Below are positions 39,103-47,847 of a stretch of 64,000 bases of DNA, in pieces. The DNA comes from a virus (Duplodnaviria > Caudoviricetes), in the IMG/VR virus record IMGVR_UViG_3300042567_001420; one strand, 5' to 3'. Under the pieces are notes generated by a model. That model did not search any database and was not told the DNA's origin. It was given only the letters and a program-made list of their open reading frames with translations. A program made the translations under genes and the position numbers. How positions within the stretch are numbered: the first letter of the stretch is position 1; each line of letters begins with the position of its first letter.

Positions 39103-39552
39103 ATGTACACCAAAACCTACAAAGGCCGATTTAGGGTATTGAATCCTGCAAAATATAAAGGCGACATTACTACGGTAATCTATAGGTCTCTATGGGAACT
39201 TAGATTTATGAAATGGTGCGATCAGAGCCCCTCAATTATAGAATGGGGATCTGAGACCGTTATAATACCCTACGTGTCCCCGGTTGATAAAAAGGTGCAC
39301 AGATATTTTGTAGATTTTTATATAAAAGTTAAATCTAAGAACAATACGACTGAGAAGTTCCTCATAGAAATAAAACCCGAAAAATTTACTAAACCGCCAG
39401 AAATCCCTAAAAAGAAAACAAAACGGTTTATTGACGAAGTTTTCCAGTACGGCGTAAATGAAGCTAAATGGAAAGCAGCTTTTGAATTTTGTACTGATCG
39501 AAATATGAAATTTATAGTATTAACCGAAAAAGATTTAGGATTATCCAAGTAA
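39103..39552 (+). CDS. gp4: Head completion protein gp4
   Basis: YKGRF...NPAKYKGD...YRSLWE, WGSETVIIPYVSPVDKKVHRYFVDF, VNEAKWKAA. Confidence 0.93.
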   Translation: MYTKTYKGRFRVLNPAKYKGDITTVIYRSLWELRFMKWCDQSPSIIEWGSETVIIPYVSPVDKKVHRYFVDFYIKVKSKNNTTEKFLIEIKPEKFTKPPEIPKKKTKRFIDEVFQYGVNEAKWKAAFEFCTDRNMKFIVLTEKDLGLSK

Positions 39553-40112
39553 TGGCCACCAACGCGTTTGAAACAATTAGGCTAAATGCCGCCGGAGAAG
39601 AAAAGTCATACCAATGGTATAGGCAGCAAATTGCATCTTTGGGCAAACTAACAAATACTAATCAGATATTAAGAGATACAAAAATTGCTACTAGACTTAT
39701 TCCTGGCGAAATGTACTTGTTTTATTATGACCCTAAGTACAAAGATACTTTGCCTTACTATGATAGATTGCCGCTAGTATTACCTTTTAGAAAAGTACCA
39801 GATGGCTTTTATGGAATAAACCTACATTATTTACCATATATGATGAGATTCAGAATATTAGGGCTTTTATCAGACTACTCCACGGGTAAAGATGAAGATA
39901 CTAGAATTCAATTATCTTGGAGACTATTAAATGCCTCTTCAAGATTACATCCGGCAAAATTCGCAGTAAAACACTATTTAAATTCACACGTCAAATCTCG
40001 TCTTTATAAAATACCCTATACCGATTGGGTAACTGCTTCTCAATTACCTGTTGAAAAATTTGTCGGTGCACAGAAAACTAAAGTCTGGCAAGACTTTAAC
40101 AGAACACTATAA
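39552..40112 (+). CDS. gp2: DNA end protector gp2
   Basis: PGEMYLFYYDPKYKDTLPYYDRLPLV, FYGINLHYLP, VKHYL..HVKS. Confidence 0.93.
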   Translation: MATNAFETIRLNAAGEEKSYQWYRQQIASLGKLTNTNQILRDTKIATRLIPGEMYLFYYDPKYKDTLPYYDRLPLVLPFRKVPDGFYGINLHYLPYMMRFRILGLLSDYSTGKDEDTRIQLSWRLLNASSRLHPAKFAVKHYLNSHVKSRLYKIPYTDWVTASQLPVEKFVGAQKTKVWQDFNRTL

Positions 40113-40120
40113 AGGACATA

Positions 40121-40744
40121 ATGTCAAACTTTAGTATATCAAATTTTATTTCGGAAGTAAATATTAGAGGTTTAGCTAGACCCAATAGATTTGAAGTATT
40201 TATTCTCCCGCCTTCCGGATTGGGGGCTTTCACTGGTAGCGGAAGACTTGTTAGTTTATTGTGCGAGTCTGCTAGTTTACCTGCAATGAGCGTATCTACA
40301 AAGCCTTTTAGAATCTACGGAGCAAGTTATCAAAGACCAGTATCTTCAGAATTTAATGGAGATGGAATAACTTTATCTTTCTATATAGATAACAAAATGG
40401 AAGTTAAATCTTTCTTTGACGCTTGGATGTTCAAAGTTGTCAATCCAAATTCTTTTAATGTTAGCTATCAGCAGGAATATGTGTCGCAAATTAAAATAGC
40501 GCAATTAGATGAACAGAATAATGAAAGTTATTCAGTATATCTAGAAGATGCATTTCCCAGAGCAGTTAATATGTTAGATTTAAATATGGGGTCGACAAAT
40601 CAAGTACACAAATTAAATGTTACATTTGCGTACAGAAGATGGTTTCCCGAAAGCGAATTATTAAACAGAATAAATTTTAACCCCAACTTATCTGATTTTG
40701 CAGCTGGGGCAGCATCCGGGGCAGTACTCGGACAATCTTTTTAA
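40121..40744 (+). CDS. gp54: Baseplate tail-tube initiator gp54-like
   Basis: GLARPNRFEV, CESASLP, LEDAFPRAV, KLNVTFAYRRW (gp19 paralogue). Confidence 0.8.
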   Translation: MSNFSISNFISEVNIRGLARPNRFEVFILPPSGLGAFTGSGRLVSLLCESASLPAMSVSTKPFRIYGASYQRPVSSEFNGDGITLSFYIDNKMEVKSFFDAWMFKVVNPNSFNVSYQQEYVSQIKIAQLDEQNNESYSVYLEDAFPRAVNMLDLNMGSTNQVHKLNVTFAYRRWFPESELLNRINFNPNLSDFAAGAASGAVLGQSF

Positions 40745-40758
40745 CATAGGAAATTATT

Positions 40759-41454
40759 ATGCCTTTACCAATATTAGAAACGCCAAACTATGAATTGATG
40801 TTACCATCAACCGGCAAAAAAATTAAATATAGACCATTTCTAGTTAAAGAATATAAAATTCTATTAACAACAATGGAAGCAGAAAGCAAAGAGATATCTA
40901 GAATAGTTACAGAACTTGTAGATAATTGTACATTTAAAAAATTAGATATTGATAAATTAGCAAGCTTTGATATAGAATATTTATTCTTAAACATACGAGC
41001 AAGGTCTATAAGCGAAACTACTGATATCATTATTAATTGTGACTGCGGAGAAAAAATAGACTACAGTATGGATTTAACAAAGATTGAAGTCGATAAGCCA
41101 ACTGGTATAGAAAACAAAATTATGTTGACTGATGATATCGGGGTCGTTATGCGATATCCTAGATTTGACGAAATATTAGATATATACGAAAACTCAAATT
41201 CCGATAAAATTTTATCATTAGTTGGAAATTGTATAGATGCCGTTTATACGAAGACGGAATACTTTGATAAGGATACTTATTCTGAAAAAGAATTAGATGA
41301 TTTTGTTAGTTCTTTCTCAAAGAATCAATTTGACCTATTGGAAAAATTCTTTGAGAAATTGCCAAGAATTGTGCATCATATTGAAGCCGATTGCCCGGCA
41401 TGTGGTAAGAAAAATACAGTGGATTTAGAGGGCCTGCAAAATTTTTTCGTCTAA
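40759..41454 (+). CDS. gp26: Baseplate hub assembly protein gp26-like
   Basis: MPLPILETPNYELMLPSTGKKIKYRPFLVKEYKILL, FDIEYLFLNIRARS, CPACG...LEGLQNFF. Confidence 0.9.
   Translation: MPLPILETPNYELMLPSTGKKIKYRPFLVKEYKILLTTMEAESKEISRIVTELVDNCTFKKLDIDKLASFDIEYLFLNIRARSISETTDIIINCDCGEKIDYSMDLTKIEVDKPTGIENKIMLTDDIGVVMRYPRFDEILDIYENSNSDKILSLVGNCIDAVYTKTEYFDKDTYSEKELDDFVSSFSKNQFDLLEKFFEKLPRIVHHIEADCPACGKKNTVDLEGLQNFFV
41442..41448 (+). promoter_or_regulatory. Candidate -1 ribosomal slippery heptamer T TTT TTC
   Basis: In-frame AAT TTT TTC GTC TAA at the end of gp26; the -1 frame stays open to 41636. Confidence 0.65.
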
Positions 41455-41636
41455 CTCTTTCTCATGATAGTTTAGTGAATTATTATCAATTGAATTTCTC
41501 GTTAATGCAGCACCATAAATACTCATTAACAGAAATTGAAAATATGATTCCATGGGAAAGAGAAATTTATGTGTCTATGTTGATTAATTATATTGGTGAG
41601 GAAAATCGTAAAATACAAACTAAGAAACAGGGGTAA
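41445..41636 (+). CDS. gp51: gp51-like baseplate hub assembly segment (not in the ORF track)
   Basis: FRLTLSHDSLVNYYQLNFSLMQHHKYSLTEIENMIPWEREIYVSML; first ATG at 41505 has no SD. Confidence 0.85.
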   Translation, partial: FRLTLSHDSLVNYYQLNFSLMQHHKYSLTEIENMIPWEREIYVSMLINYIGEENRKIQTKKQG

Positions 41637-41641
41637 TTAAT

Positions 41642-42199
41642 ATGTTAGGTAATAATAAAACTGAAGAAGTTATAGAAGAAAAGAAAAAACCAGATGAAGA
41701 CTGGATGACAAAAAAATGGCGTCCTATGATGGCAATGATGTATATGTCTTGCTGTTTGTTTGATTTTGCTCTATTTCCAATCATGTTCACAATTGTGCAG
41801 TTCTGGGAAGTCCAAGCTGCTAATGACGCATTTAGACAATGGGTACCTATTACCCTACAAGGTGGTGGATTATTTCACGTAGCGATGGGTGCGGTATTGG
41901 GTGTTTCTGCGTATGGTAGAACACAGGAAAAAGTTGCAGGCGCATCAAATGTCTCAACCAGCTTTTCATCAGGTGGGGTACCAACGCCTAACCTATCTTC
42001 GGCAGTACCGTCATTCTCTGGCGGAGGATTTAACTCCCAAACACAATCAACCGGCTTTGGACCTCAGACTCAATCATTCGGATCTTCTCAGTCATTTAAT
42101 ACTACAGAAACAACAACTGAATTTAGCATGAGTCCCGCTTCGGTCGATAATAGTTTTGGAAACGCACCGTCCAAACCAATAGTTAGAAGACCTGTATAA
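41642..42199 (+). CDS. Putative holin (GTA 3TM holin-like)
   Basis: DWMTKKWRPMMAMMY + hydrophobic segment, LFHVAMGAVLGVSAYGRTQEK; low-complexity Ser/Thr tail. Confidence 0.7.
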   Translation: MLGNNKTEEVIEEKKKPDEDWMTKKWRPMMAMMYMSCCLFDFALFPIMFTIVQFWEVQAANDAFRQWVPITLQGGGLFHVAMGAVLGVSAYGRTQEKVAGASNVSTSFSSGGVPTPNLSSAVPSFSGGGFNSQTQSTGFGPQTQSFGSSQSFNTTETTTEFSMSPASVDNSFGNAPSKPIVRRPV

Positions 42200-43746
42200 T
42201 GGCAACTAAACAACCAGTTAATTCTTCGGGTATTATGACTTCATTAATGCAGTCCTTTACCGCAACAGCTAAAGATAAAGATATTGAAGCATTAAAAAAA
42301 TCAATAGATAATTTATCTAAGATTTTAGAACGACGAGTAGGTAAAGTTAAAAAATCTTCTGAGTCTGCCGAGGATAAGGAAGATAAACAAAGAACACTGG
42401 TTGGTGATATTAAAGATTTTGGTAAAGGATTTATAACCCCATTTGCCGAAACAAAAAAATACATATTAGGGGGTAAGAATACAATGCCACCTAATATGAA
42501 TTTAAAACCGGCAGAAGGTGAAGAAAAATCTGAAAATAAAGTATTAACATTATCGCAATTTAAAAATGAATTGCTAAAGATGAAAAATACAGAATTGGAA
42601 AAGAATATACTTGCGGAAGTGGTTGTAATACGAAAAATTGTTGCGCAAAAAGCTGGCTATGGTGATAATAAAAGTACAATACCTGCATTATCGGGTTCAG
42701 GGTTAGAACCTAACACCGAAGAAGATAAACAAAGAGATAGAGAACTTTTGGCAGAAGCAATTGCAAAAAAATTAAAGGGTTTAGCAGACAATAATAAAGG
42801 TGGTGGGATAATTTCTAGTATACTTGAAGCCCTAGGATTAAAAGGATTGTTAGATGGCGGCCCAGGCAAAGGCAGAGGCAAAGGCAGAGGCAAAGGTGGC
42901 AAAGTGCCACCGGCAGGCGGAAAAGTTCCAGGAAAAATGGGGTTGGGTGGAAGATTATTAGGTCCGGCTAGTCTTGCATTGGGTGCGTATGAAGCAAGTG
43001 AATTTTTAGGTGAAACTGAGTATGGCAACAATATGTCAAAAGGTGCAGGCAAGGCTGCAGAGACGGCATTTAGAGAAAATGTTGCCCCCACTATCGATCC
43101 TGTTAAAACGGGCATGACTCCTGAACAAGCAAGAAATGCTTTAGGGGGAAGCAATCGAGATATAGAAAAATTAGGTGGAAGAGAAGCTCTATTAAAAATA
43201 GCTAATACTGATTTTGAAAGTTCCAGTTCTTCTAAAGATTTAAAAGAACAAATTAGAATAAAAGAACAAAGTCTTAAGACATCTGGGCCGATGCTTAATG
43301 CAGAATATAGAGATAAGTTGCAAACAGATATAGACACGTTGAACAAACGTATTCCTACTGCAGATATGCCAGACCAAATGGCGGCAGAGACCGCAAGATT
43401 AAATCGTTATTCCAATATTGAAACAAAACAATCATCTGCAACTGCAGAAAATGTTGTGCCAAAACAAGATCAATCGTTAGAATCAACTCTTGCCAATAGT
43501 TTTAAAAATGAAACTCTTAAACAATTAAAAGCTGCTACAACCGGCGACCAAAAAATAGATTTATTAAACCAATTAGAAAATGTAAATATGGATCTAAAAG
43601 ATTCTATGGGATCTATGTCGCAAATACTTGCACCTATGATATCGAATAGAACTGTAGATAACAGTACCCAACAATTTGTAACATCTCCTCCAAGACCATA
43701 TCCAAATTCAAACGGAGTTGATCGTTGGCAAGATAAGCGGTACTAA
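42199..43746 (+). CDS. Tape-measure / gp29-like hub protein
   Basis: 515 aa, helical with a Gly-rich patch; follows the gp26/gp51 genes. Confidence 0.55.
   Translation: MATKQPVNSSGIMTSLMQSFTATAKDKDIEALKKSIDNLSKILERRVGKVKKSSESAEDKEDKQRTLVGDIKDFGKGFITPFAETKKYILGGKNTMPPNMNLKPAEGEEKSENKVLTLSQFKNELLKMKNTELEKNILAEVVVIRKIVAQKAGYGDNKSTIPALSGSGLEPNTEEDKQRDRELLAEAIAKKLKGLADNNKGGGIISSILEALGLKGLLDGGPGKGRGKGRGKGGKVPPAGGKVPGKMGLGGRLLGPASLALGAYEASEFLGETEYGNNMSKGAGKAAETAFRENVAPTIDPVKTGMTPEQARNALGGSNRDIEKLGGREALLKIANTDFESSSSSKDLKEQIRIKEQSLKTSGPMLNAEYRDKLQTDIDTLNKRIPTADMPDQMAAETARLNRYSNIETKQSSATAENVVPKQDQSLESTLANSFKNETLKQLKAATTGDQKIDLLNQLENVNMDLKDSMGSMSQILAPMISNRTVDNSTQQFVTSPPRPYPNSNGVDRWQDKRY
42865..42903 (+). 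repeat. 12-nt in-frame tandem repeat (GKGR) in the tape-measure-like gene
   Basis: ggcaaaggcaga ggcaaaggcaga ggcaaaggtggc aaa. Confidence 0.8.
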
Positions 43747-43763
43747 CCTACATATGCTGCCAC

Positions 43764-43797
43764 AAAAAAGCCCAGAATTAACTGGGCTTTTCTTTTT
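43764..43797. terminator. Bidirectional Rho-independent terminator between convergent operons
   Basis: AAAAAAGCCCAG-aattaa-CTGGGCTTTTCTTTTT. Confidence 0.9.
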
Positions 43798-44041
43798 ACT
43801 TCTTAGCTTTTTCGGCAGCTAACTCTTCAGGTCGTTTAACAGTTGGCTTTGGAAGTTTCTCTTCTTTGGCCGCCCCTTCCTTTTTCTCTATTTTAATAAC
43901 ACCCGGTGTTGCTGTAGGTGTCGGTGCTGCAGGCTTTGCCTTTACAGCCTTTGCTGGCTCTTTTTTCTTTTCTGCAGGCTCTGCTGCAAAACCTGAATGA
44001 GCCATAGCCATTGCGGCTAGAAATACAATAAGGGATTTCAT
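43796..44041 (-). CDS. Small secreted Ala/Lys/Pro/Glu-rich protein
   Basis: Start at MKSLIVFLAAMAMAHSGFA (GGAG SD); signal-peptide-like with GFA cleavage site; low-complexity mature part. Confidence 0.75.
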   Translation of the reverse strand: MKSLIVFLAAMAMAHSGFAAEPAEKKKEPAKAVKAKPAAPTPTATPGVIKIEKKEGAAKEEKLPKPTVKRPEELAAEKAKK

Positions 44042-44072
44042 GTTATCTTCTCCAAAAAGAATAGTCGCAAGC

Positions 44073-45005
44073 TTAGTCATCGCTCGCTAGTTTTGAGAAA
44101 TATGACAATGATTCATCATCGTCATCAAAGTCAACTTCCTTTGTAGGAGCTGCCTTTGGCGCGGCTGCTGGGCGTGCTGCAGATGTTGCAGGTTGCACAT
44201 AATTTGCATCTTCACCCAATGTAACTTCTTCTGCCTTCTTAATTGCAGATGTACCTCCAGAAAGAACCATGTCTAGTTTTTTCTTAAGATCGTCATATGA
44301 CTTGAAGTTTTTAGGGTCAAGAAACGCTGTAAGAGAATGTTGCTTATTCCAAATATTCTCGATAATAGAATCATCCTCGGAAATTGGGCTTGGTGTATCA
44401 AACTCTGATTTATCGTAATTGCGATATCCTTCCACATTACGAATTTTTAATTTAAAGTTTGCACCTTCCCAAAAGTCGAACGGATTAAGTGGCTTTTCGT
44501 CCTCGAACTGTGGCTCAGCAACATCCTTAATTTTGTCGAAAATCTTTTTACCAAACTTAAACAAAAATACTTTGCCTTCATTTTCAGGGTGCTTAGAATC
44601 CTGAACGATAAGAATATTTGTGTAGTAAGTTAGTTTACGCTTTTGTTTTCGAGCAACTTCTTTATTGGCCTCTGAGCCAGAATTCCATAACTCAGTATTA
44701 AACTCAGATACAGGATCAGTCTTGCCAATAGTTGTTAGTGAATTTTCAATGTACCATTTCCCTGTTGGGCCTTGGAAACCGTGATTCCAAACTCTAACCC
44801 ATGGAAGTTCTTCGCCCTTAGGAGGAGCTAAGAAGCGAATGACAGCGTAGCCGTTACCCGCTTTGTCAACCTCAGGTTGCCAGAAACGGTCGTCATTTCT
44901 ATTGTTAGATTCGGATTGTGGATTTGCGATCTTTTCAACTTCTTTCATTAAAGAATCGAAGCCGCCTCGTGATTTGCGGAGATCTGCTAGTGATGTGAAT
45001 GCCAT
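44073..45005 (-). CDS. gp32: Single-stranded DNA-binding protein gp32
   Basis: DDRFWQPEVDKAGNGYAVIRFL, GPTGKWYIENSLTT, FKFGKKIFDKI, NYDKSEF, acidic tail LSYFSKLA. Confidence 0.98.
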   Translation of the reverse strand: MAFTSLADLRKSRGGFDSLMKEVEKIANPQSESNNRNDDRFWQPEVDKAGNGYAVIRFLAPPKGEELPWVRVWNHGFQGPTGKWYIENSLTTIGKTDPVSEFNTELWNSGSEANKEVARKQKRKLTYYTNILIVQDSKHPENEGKVFLFKFGKKIFDKIKDVAEPQFEDEKPLNPFDFWEGANFKLKIRNVEGYRNYDKSEFDTPSPISEDDSIIENIWNKQHSLTAFLDPKNFKSYDDLKKKLDMVLSGGTSAIKKAEEVTLGEDANYVQPATSAARPAAAPKAAPTKEVDFDDDDESLSYFSKLASDD

Positions 45006-45050
45006 AGTATGTCCTTTCGTATTAACGGTGTATGGTTTTTCGTTTTAGTA

Positions 45051-45239
45051 TTAACGTTTTTTAAATTTTTGATTAGCGTATGCATAATCTAGGTACTCAT
45101 CAAACGCATCGTCGTCTTTATTGAACGATGCTACATTATATATAATCTTTCGATGCTTGTCAATCTTCTGTGTGCCCTTTTCAACTCGGCGCATTTTCTT
45201 CTCACGATCATTATAATCGTTCTTCTTAAACTTTTCCAT
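45051..45239 (-). CDS. Hypothetical basic protein
   Basis: 62-aa ORF directly upstream of gp32. Confidence 0.6.
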   Translation of the reverse strand: MEKFKKNDYNDREKKMRRVEKGTQKIDKHRKIIYNVASFNKDDDAFDEYLDYAYANQKFKKR

Positions 45240-45268
45240 TTTAAAAAATCAAGGCTCCTACCTTAAAG

Positions 45269-45490
45269 TTAAACATCTTCTTTACCCTTAGCTTTAACCT
45301 TTAGGAAAGGCCAAGCTGTCATTCTTTTATTTAATTCCATTTGACTGTGCGCCAACTTAATTAAGTATCTTTGAGTTTCTTTCAAAGATTCCTGAGTCGT
45401 AAAAAGCGATTCTTGTAACATTAAAATATCTTGTTCTAAACGCTTAATCTTTTGCGTTTTTAGTTCCAACTCGTCTTCTAAAGATTGCAT
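45269..45490 (-). CDS. Hypothetical coiled-coil protein
   Basis: 73-aa heptad-rich ORF overlapping the gp59 end. Confidence 0.6.
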   Translation of the reverse strand: MQSLEDELELKTQKIKRLEQDILMLQESLFTTQESLKETQRYLIKLAHSQMELNKRMTAWPFLKVKAKGKEDV

Positions 45491-46064
45491 CGTATTTTTC
45501 CATGTCGATTAAAAGAAAAGGTTTGTACTTTTTAATAAGTCTAGAAACATCAGGCCACACTACGGTGTCACTAATCTCTCGATCAAACCTCTCGGTAAAT
45601 TTATTTAGTCTTTCCAATATCACTAAAGTTTCTATACTAATTGTGTTTCGTAAGAATGCTTTAATTATATATGGATGCTGACCTTTTGACACCGCAAAAA
45701 TATCCTCAATTTTTAGATTGGATTCTTCCAAATCATTAATAATATTATCCAATTCTTGTTCGAAATTATAGGATAAACTCTCGACTCGCTTTTTCCATTC
45801 TTTATATCGTTGACCTGCTTCTAAATCAAACATTCCGCCCCAGCGATCACCTGACACAAAATTTGCTACTAAAAAATTTGCAACTTCTTCATCTGAATAG
45901 CTTTTTGCAATTTTTCTAATTGAGAACAAATCTTTACGCTTAGCATATGCTTGACGACTTGCCCTCACTCTGCCCTTTTGTTGAATTACATCATAATTGT
46001 CTGTTGTGAAATGTAATCGCAAAGCTAAGTACATTTTATAAACTGAATATTCATCCATTATCAT
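45444..46064 (-). CDS. gp59: Helicase loader gp59
   Basis: YKMYLALRLHFTTDNYD, FLVANFV, ISIETLVIL, KKYKPFL. Confidence 0.9.
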   Translation of the reverse strand: MIMDEYSVYKMYLALRLHFTTDNYDVIQQKGRVRASRQAYAKRKDLFSIRKIAKSYSDEEVANFLVANFVSGDRWGGMFDLEAGQRYKEWKKRVESLSYNFEQELDNIINDLEESNLKIEDIFAVSKGQHPYIIKAFLRNTISIETLVILERLNKFTERFDREISDTVVWPDVSRLIKKYKPFLLIDMEKYDAIFRRRVGTKNAKD

Positions 46065-46330
46065 AGGGGTAATTTACCACGCGGCCTCATATAGTTTTGC
46101 TCTTCTGCCTCATTTTGAATCTTATCTTTTAGTGATTGATTAATTAGATTGGCAACGGCCGCAACATCAATATCAATTTCATTGCAGTATTGTATTACTG
46201 CATCCATATATCCTATACTTTCAGATAAGACCTTTTCTTCAATATACAAAGAGAATTCATTTTGTGATCTGAATCTTTTGGTAATAATTAAACTGTCGGT
46301 CAATACTTCATTTAAATTAAGTTCTGTCAT
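46061..46330 (-). CDS. gp33: Late transcription co-activator gp33
   Basis: FSLYIEE, GYMDAVIQYC..IDID..A.LI..SLKDKIQNEA. Confidence 0.9.
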   Translation of the reverse strand: MTELNLNEVLTDSLIITKRFRSQNEFSLYIEEKVLSESIGYMDAVIQYCNEIDIDVAAVANLINQSLKDKIQNEAEEQNYMRPRGKLPL

Positions 46331-47001
46331 TCGATCTCTGGAAATAAAATTTCATCCATAAAGGTTCTAAACACAGTTTGATCTATGCCAAGGGTAGTCA
46401 TCATTGCTGGGGTGTGGGGATTCATCTTTTGAAATTTACAATAGTTGTTGTATCTCTCTTTATATGACTCTCCGGTTTTTTCTACTTGTCCTACATTATA
46501 AAGGTAAACGTGCAAGCTTTCAATAGCTAGATCGGACAATTTGTCCAATTCTTCTTCTTCGGATATATTGCCCGCCGCAATCATTCCGGGACTAAAAATT
46601 TGAGTTGCCCACTCAGGCAATATTCTTGGTTTATTCCATTCTAATTTAGATGAACGATCAATAAACCAAGTATACAAATCACAATTTCCGTTTTTAGAAA
46701 AATCATGGAATGCACCTGTAATTTTGCTAGCTCCGCACACTACATCAAATCCAAAGATTGGAGTAGGATCATCAAACTCTGGAAAAATTGTCATGTGCAT
46801 AACCCAGATCTTTTTTGCTTCGCGCGCATCAACAATTTCCACATGGGCTCTGCGATAATTCTTCGAAGTAAAAATATAATTTTCCCAAAGATATCCTTTT
46901 CCTTGTTCTGCGGTATATTTTAATTCATCATCTGTTGTTTGTTCCAATGTCTCAAGAATATTTTGAGACAACGGAATCATTTTATCCCATACTAAAGACA
47001 T
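46327..47001 (-). CDS. pcyX: Ferredoxin-dependent bilin reductase (PcyA/PcyX-like)
   Basis: YRRAHVEIVD, VMHMTIFP...PIFGFDVV...KITGAFHDFSK, WATQIFS, YCKFQKMNPHT. Confidence 0.85.
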   Translation of the reverse strand: MSLVWDKMIPLSQNILETLEQTTDDELKYTAEQGKGYLWENYIFTSKNYRRAHVEIVDAREAKKIWVMHMTIFPEFDDPTPIFGFDVVCGASKITGAFHDFSKNGNCDLYTWFIDRSSKLEWNKPRILPEWATQIFSPGMIAAGNISEEEELDKLSDLAIESLHVYLYNVGQVEKTGESYKERYNNYCKFQKMNPHTPAMMTTLGIDQTVFRTFMDEILFPEIE

Positions 47002-47528
47002 TAGTTAAATTCCTTAACAATTTGTATGTTATAATCAAATCCTACACAGGCTTCTTTGCCCATATCGTCTTTTAATTTAGCTCGGAACTTTTCTGTTAAT
47101 TCTTCTTTATTTTCAAACTGAAACATTTTGCCTGAACCAGGAACAAGCTTAGCAAAAATTTGGCCGCCATTTAAATCACCTAAGTATCTTACATACATAT
47201 GTGCAATTAAATCATCATGCTTAGTAATGTCCATGATATACTGAATATACTTTAATGTAGATTCTTTAATCGTATATGTTTTATCTGGTACAGCTAATTC
47301 CTGAAAATCTTCAAAGATTGCTTTAGATCTATAAAGGCCAGGGATACCTTCATACGCACCTAATTTTGGACCTGCAATGTTTTCCATTGCATGATATACT
47401 AAGTATAGTTGATAGAGGTATTCCGCATACTTATTTTTATCAACTCTCTTCTGAAAGATTTCTTTAATAAATGATTGCGTTTCCGCTTCTTTATGTTTTT
47501 CGTGTGTTTGTTCTTTTAATGTAGACAT
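47001..47528 (-). CDS. hemO: Heme oxygenase
   Basis: LKEQTHEKHKEAE (proximal His), AHMYVRYLGDLNGGQ; likely start MSTLKE at 47528. Confidence 0.93.
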   Translation of the reverse strand: MSTLKEQTHEKHKEAETQSFIKEIFQKRVDKNKYAEYLYQLYLVYHAMENIAGPKLGAYEGIPGLYRSKAIFEDFQELAVPDKTYTIKESTLKYIQYIMDITKHDDLIAHMYVRYLGDLNGGQIFAKLVPGSGKMFQFENKEELTEKFRAKLKDDMGKEACVGFDYNIQIVKEFN

Positions 47529-47532
47529 AATT

Positions 47533-47844
47533 TTATTTAAATAATATAAGTGCAAGTAGAGTTGAGTGAATAATAAAACCTGCACCGATTGTTACAACGT
47601 GAAGAATATCTTTAAGTATTACTGCTCTAACAAACAGCATAGATAATCCCGCCCAAATAAACAAAATAAGATCAACCGGTGGCATCTTATCTGATAGTCC
47701 AGACATTACGGAAATCATTGTTGGCACAGTTGCGGCATGAATAAGAACAATTCCAATCCATGAAATCGTTTCTGCAGTAGCAACCGTTAATGTTGTTTTG
47801 CAATAATTAATAACATCTTGTAGTGTGGGGTATTTAAAGTTCAT
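47533..47844 (-). CDS. Small multi-pass membrane protein
   Basis: Three hydrophobic segments (ISWIGIVLIHAATVP; LILFIWAGLSMLFV; VVTIGAGFIIHSTLLALILF). Confidence 0.7.
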   Translation of the reverse strand: MNFKYPTLQDVINYCKTTLTVATAETISWIGIVLIHAATVPTMISVMSGLSDKMPPVDLILFIWAGLSMLFVRAVILKDILHVVTIGAGFIIHSTLLALILFK

Positions 47845-47847
47845 AAT

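Noticed and set aside
39103-39552. TnsA-like endonuclease suggesting a transposon
   Set aside because: Sequence and position beside gp2 identify T4 gp4; no transposon ends or partner genes
42657-43346. 229-aa antisense ORF
   Set aside because: Shadow of the tape-measure-like gene; low complexity, no motif or SD recognised
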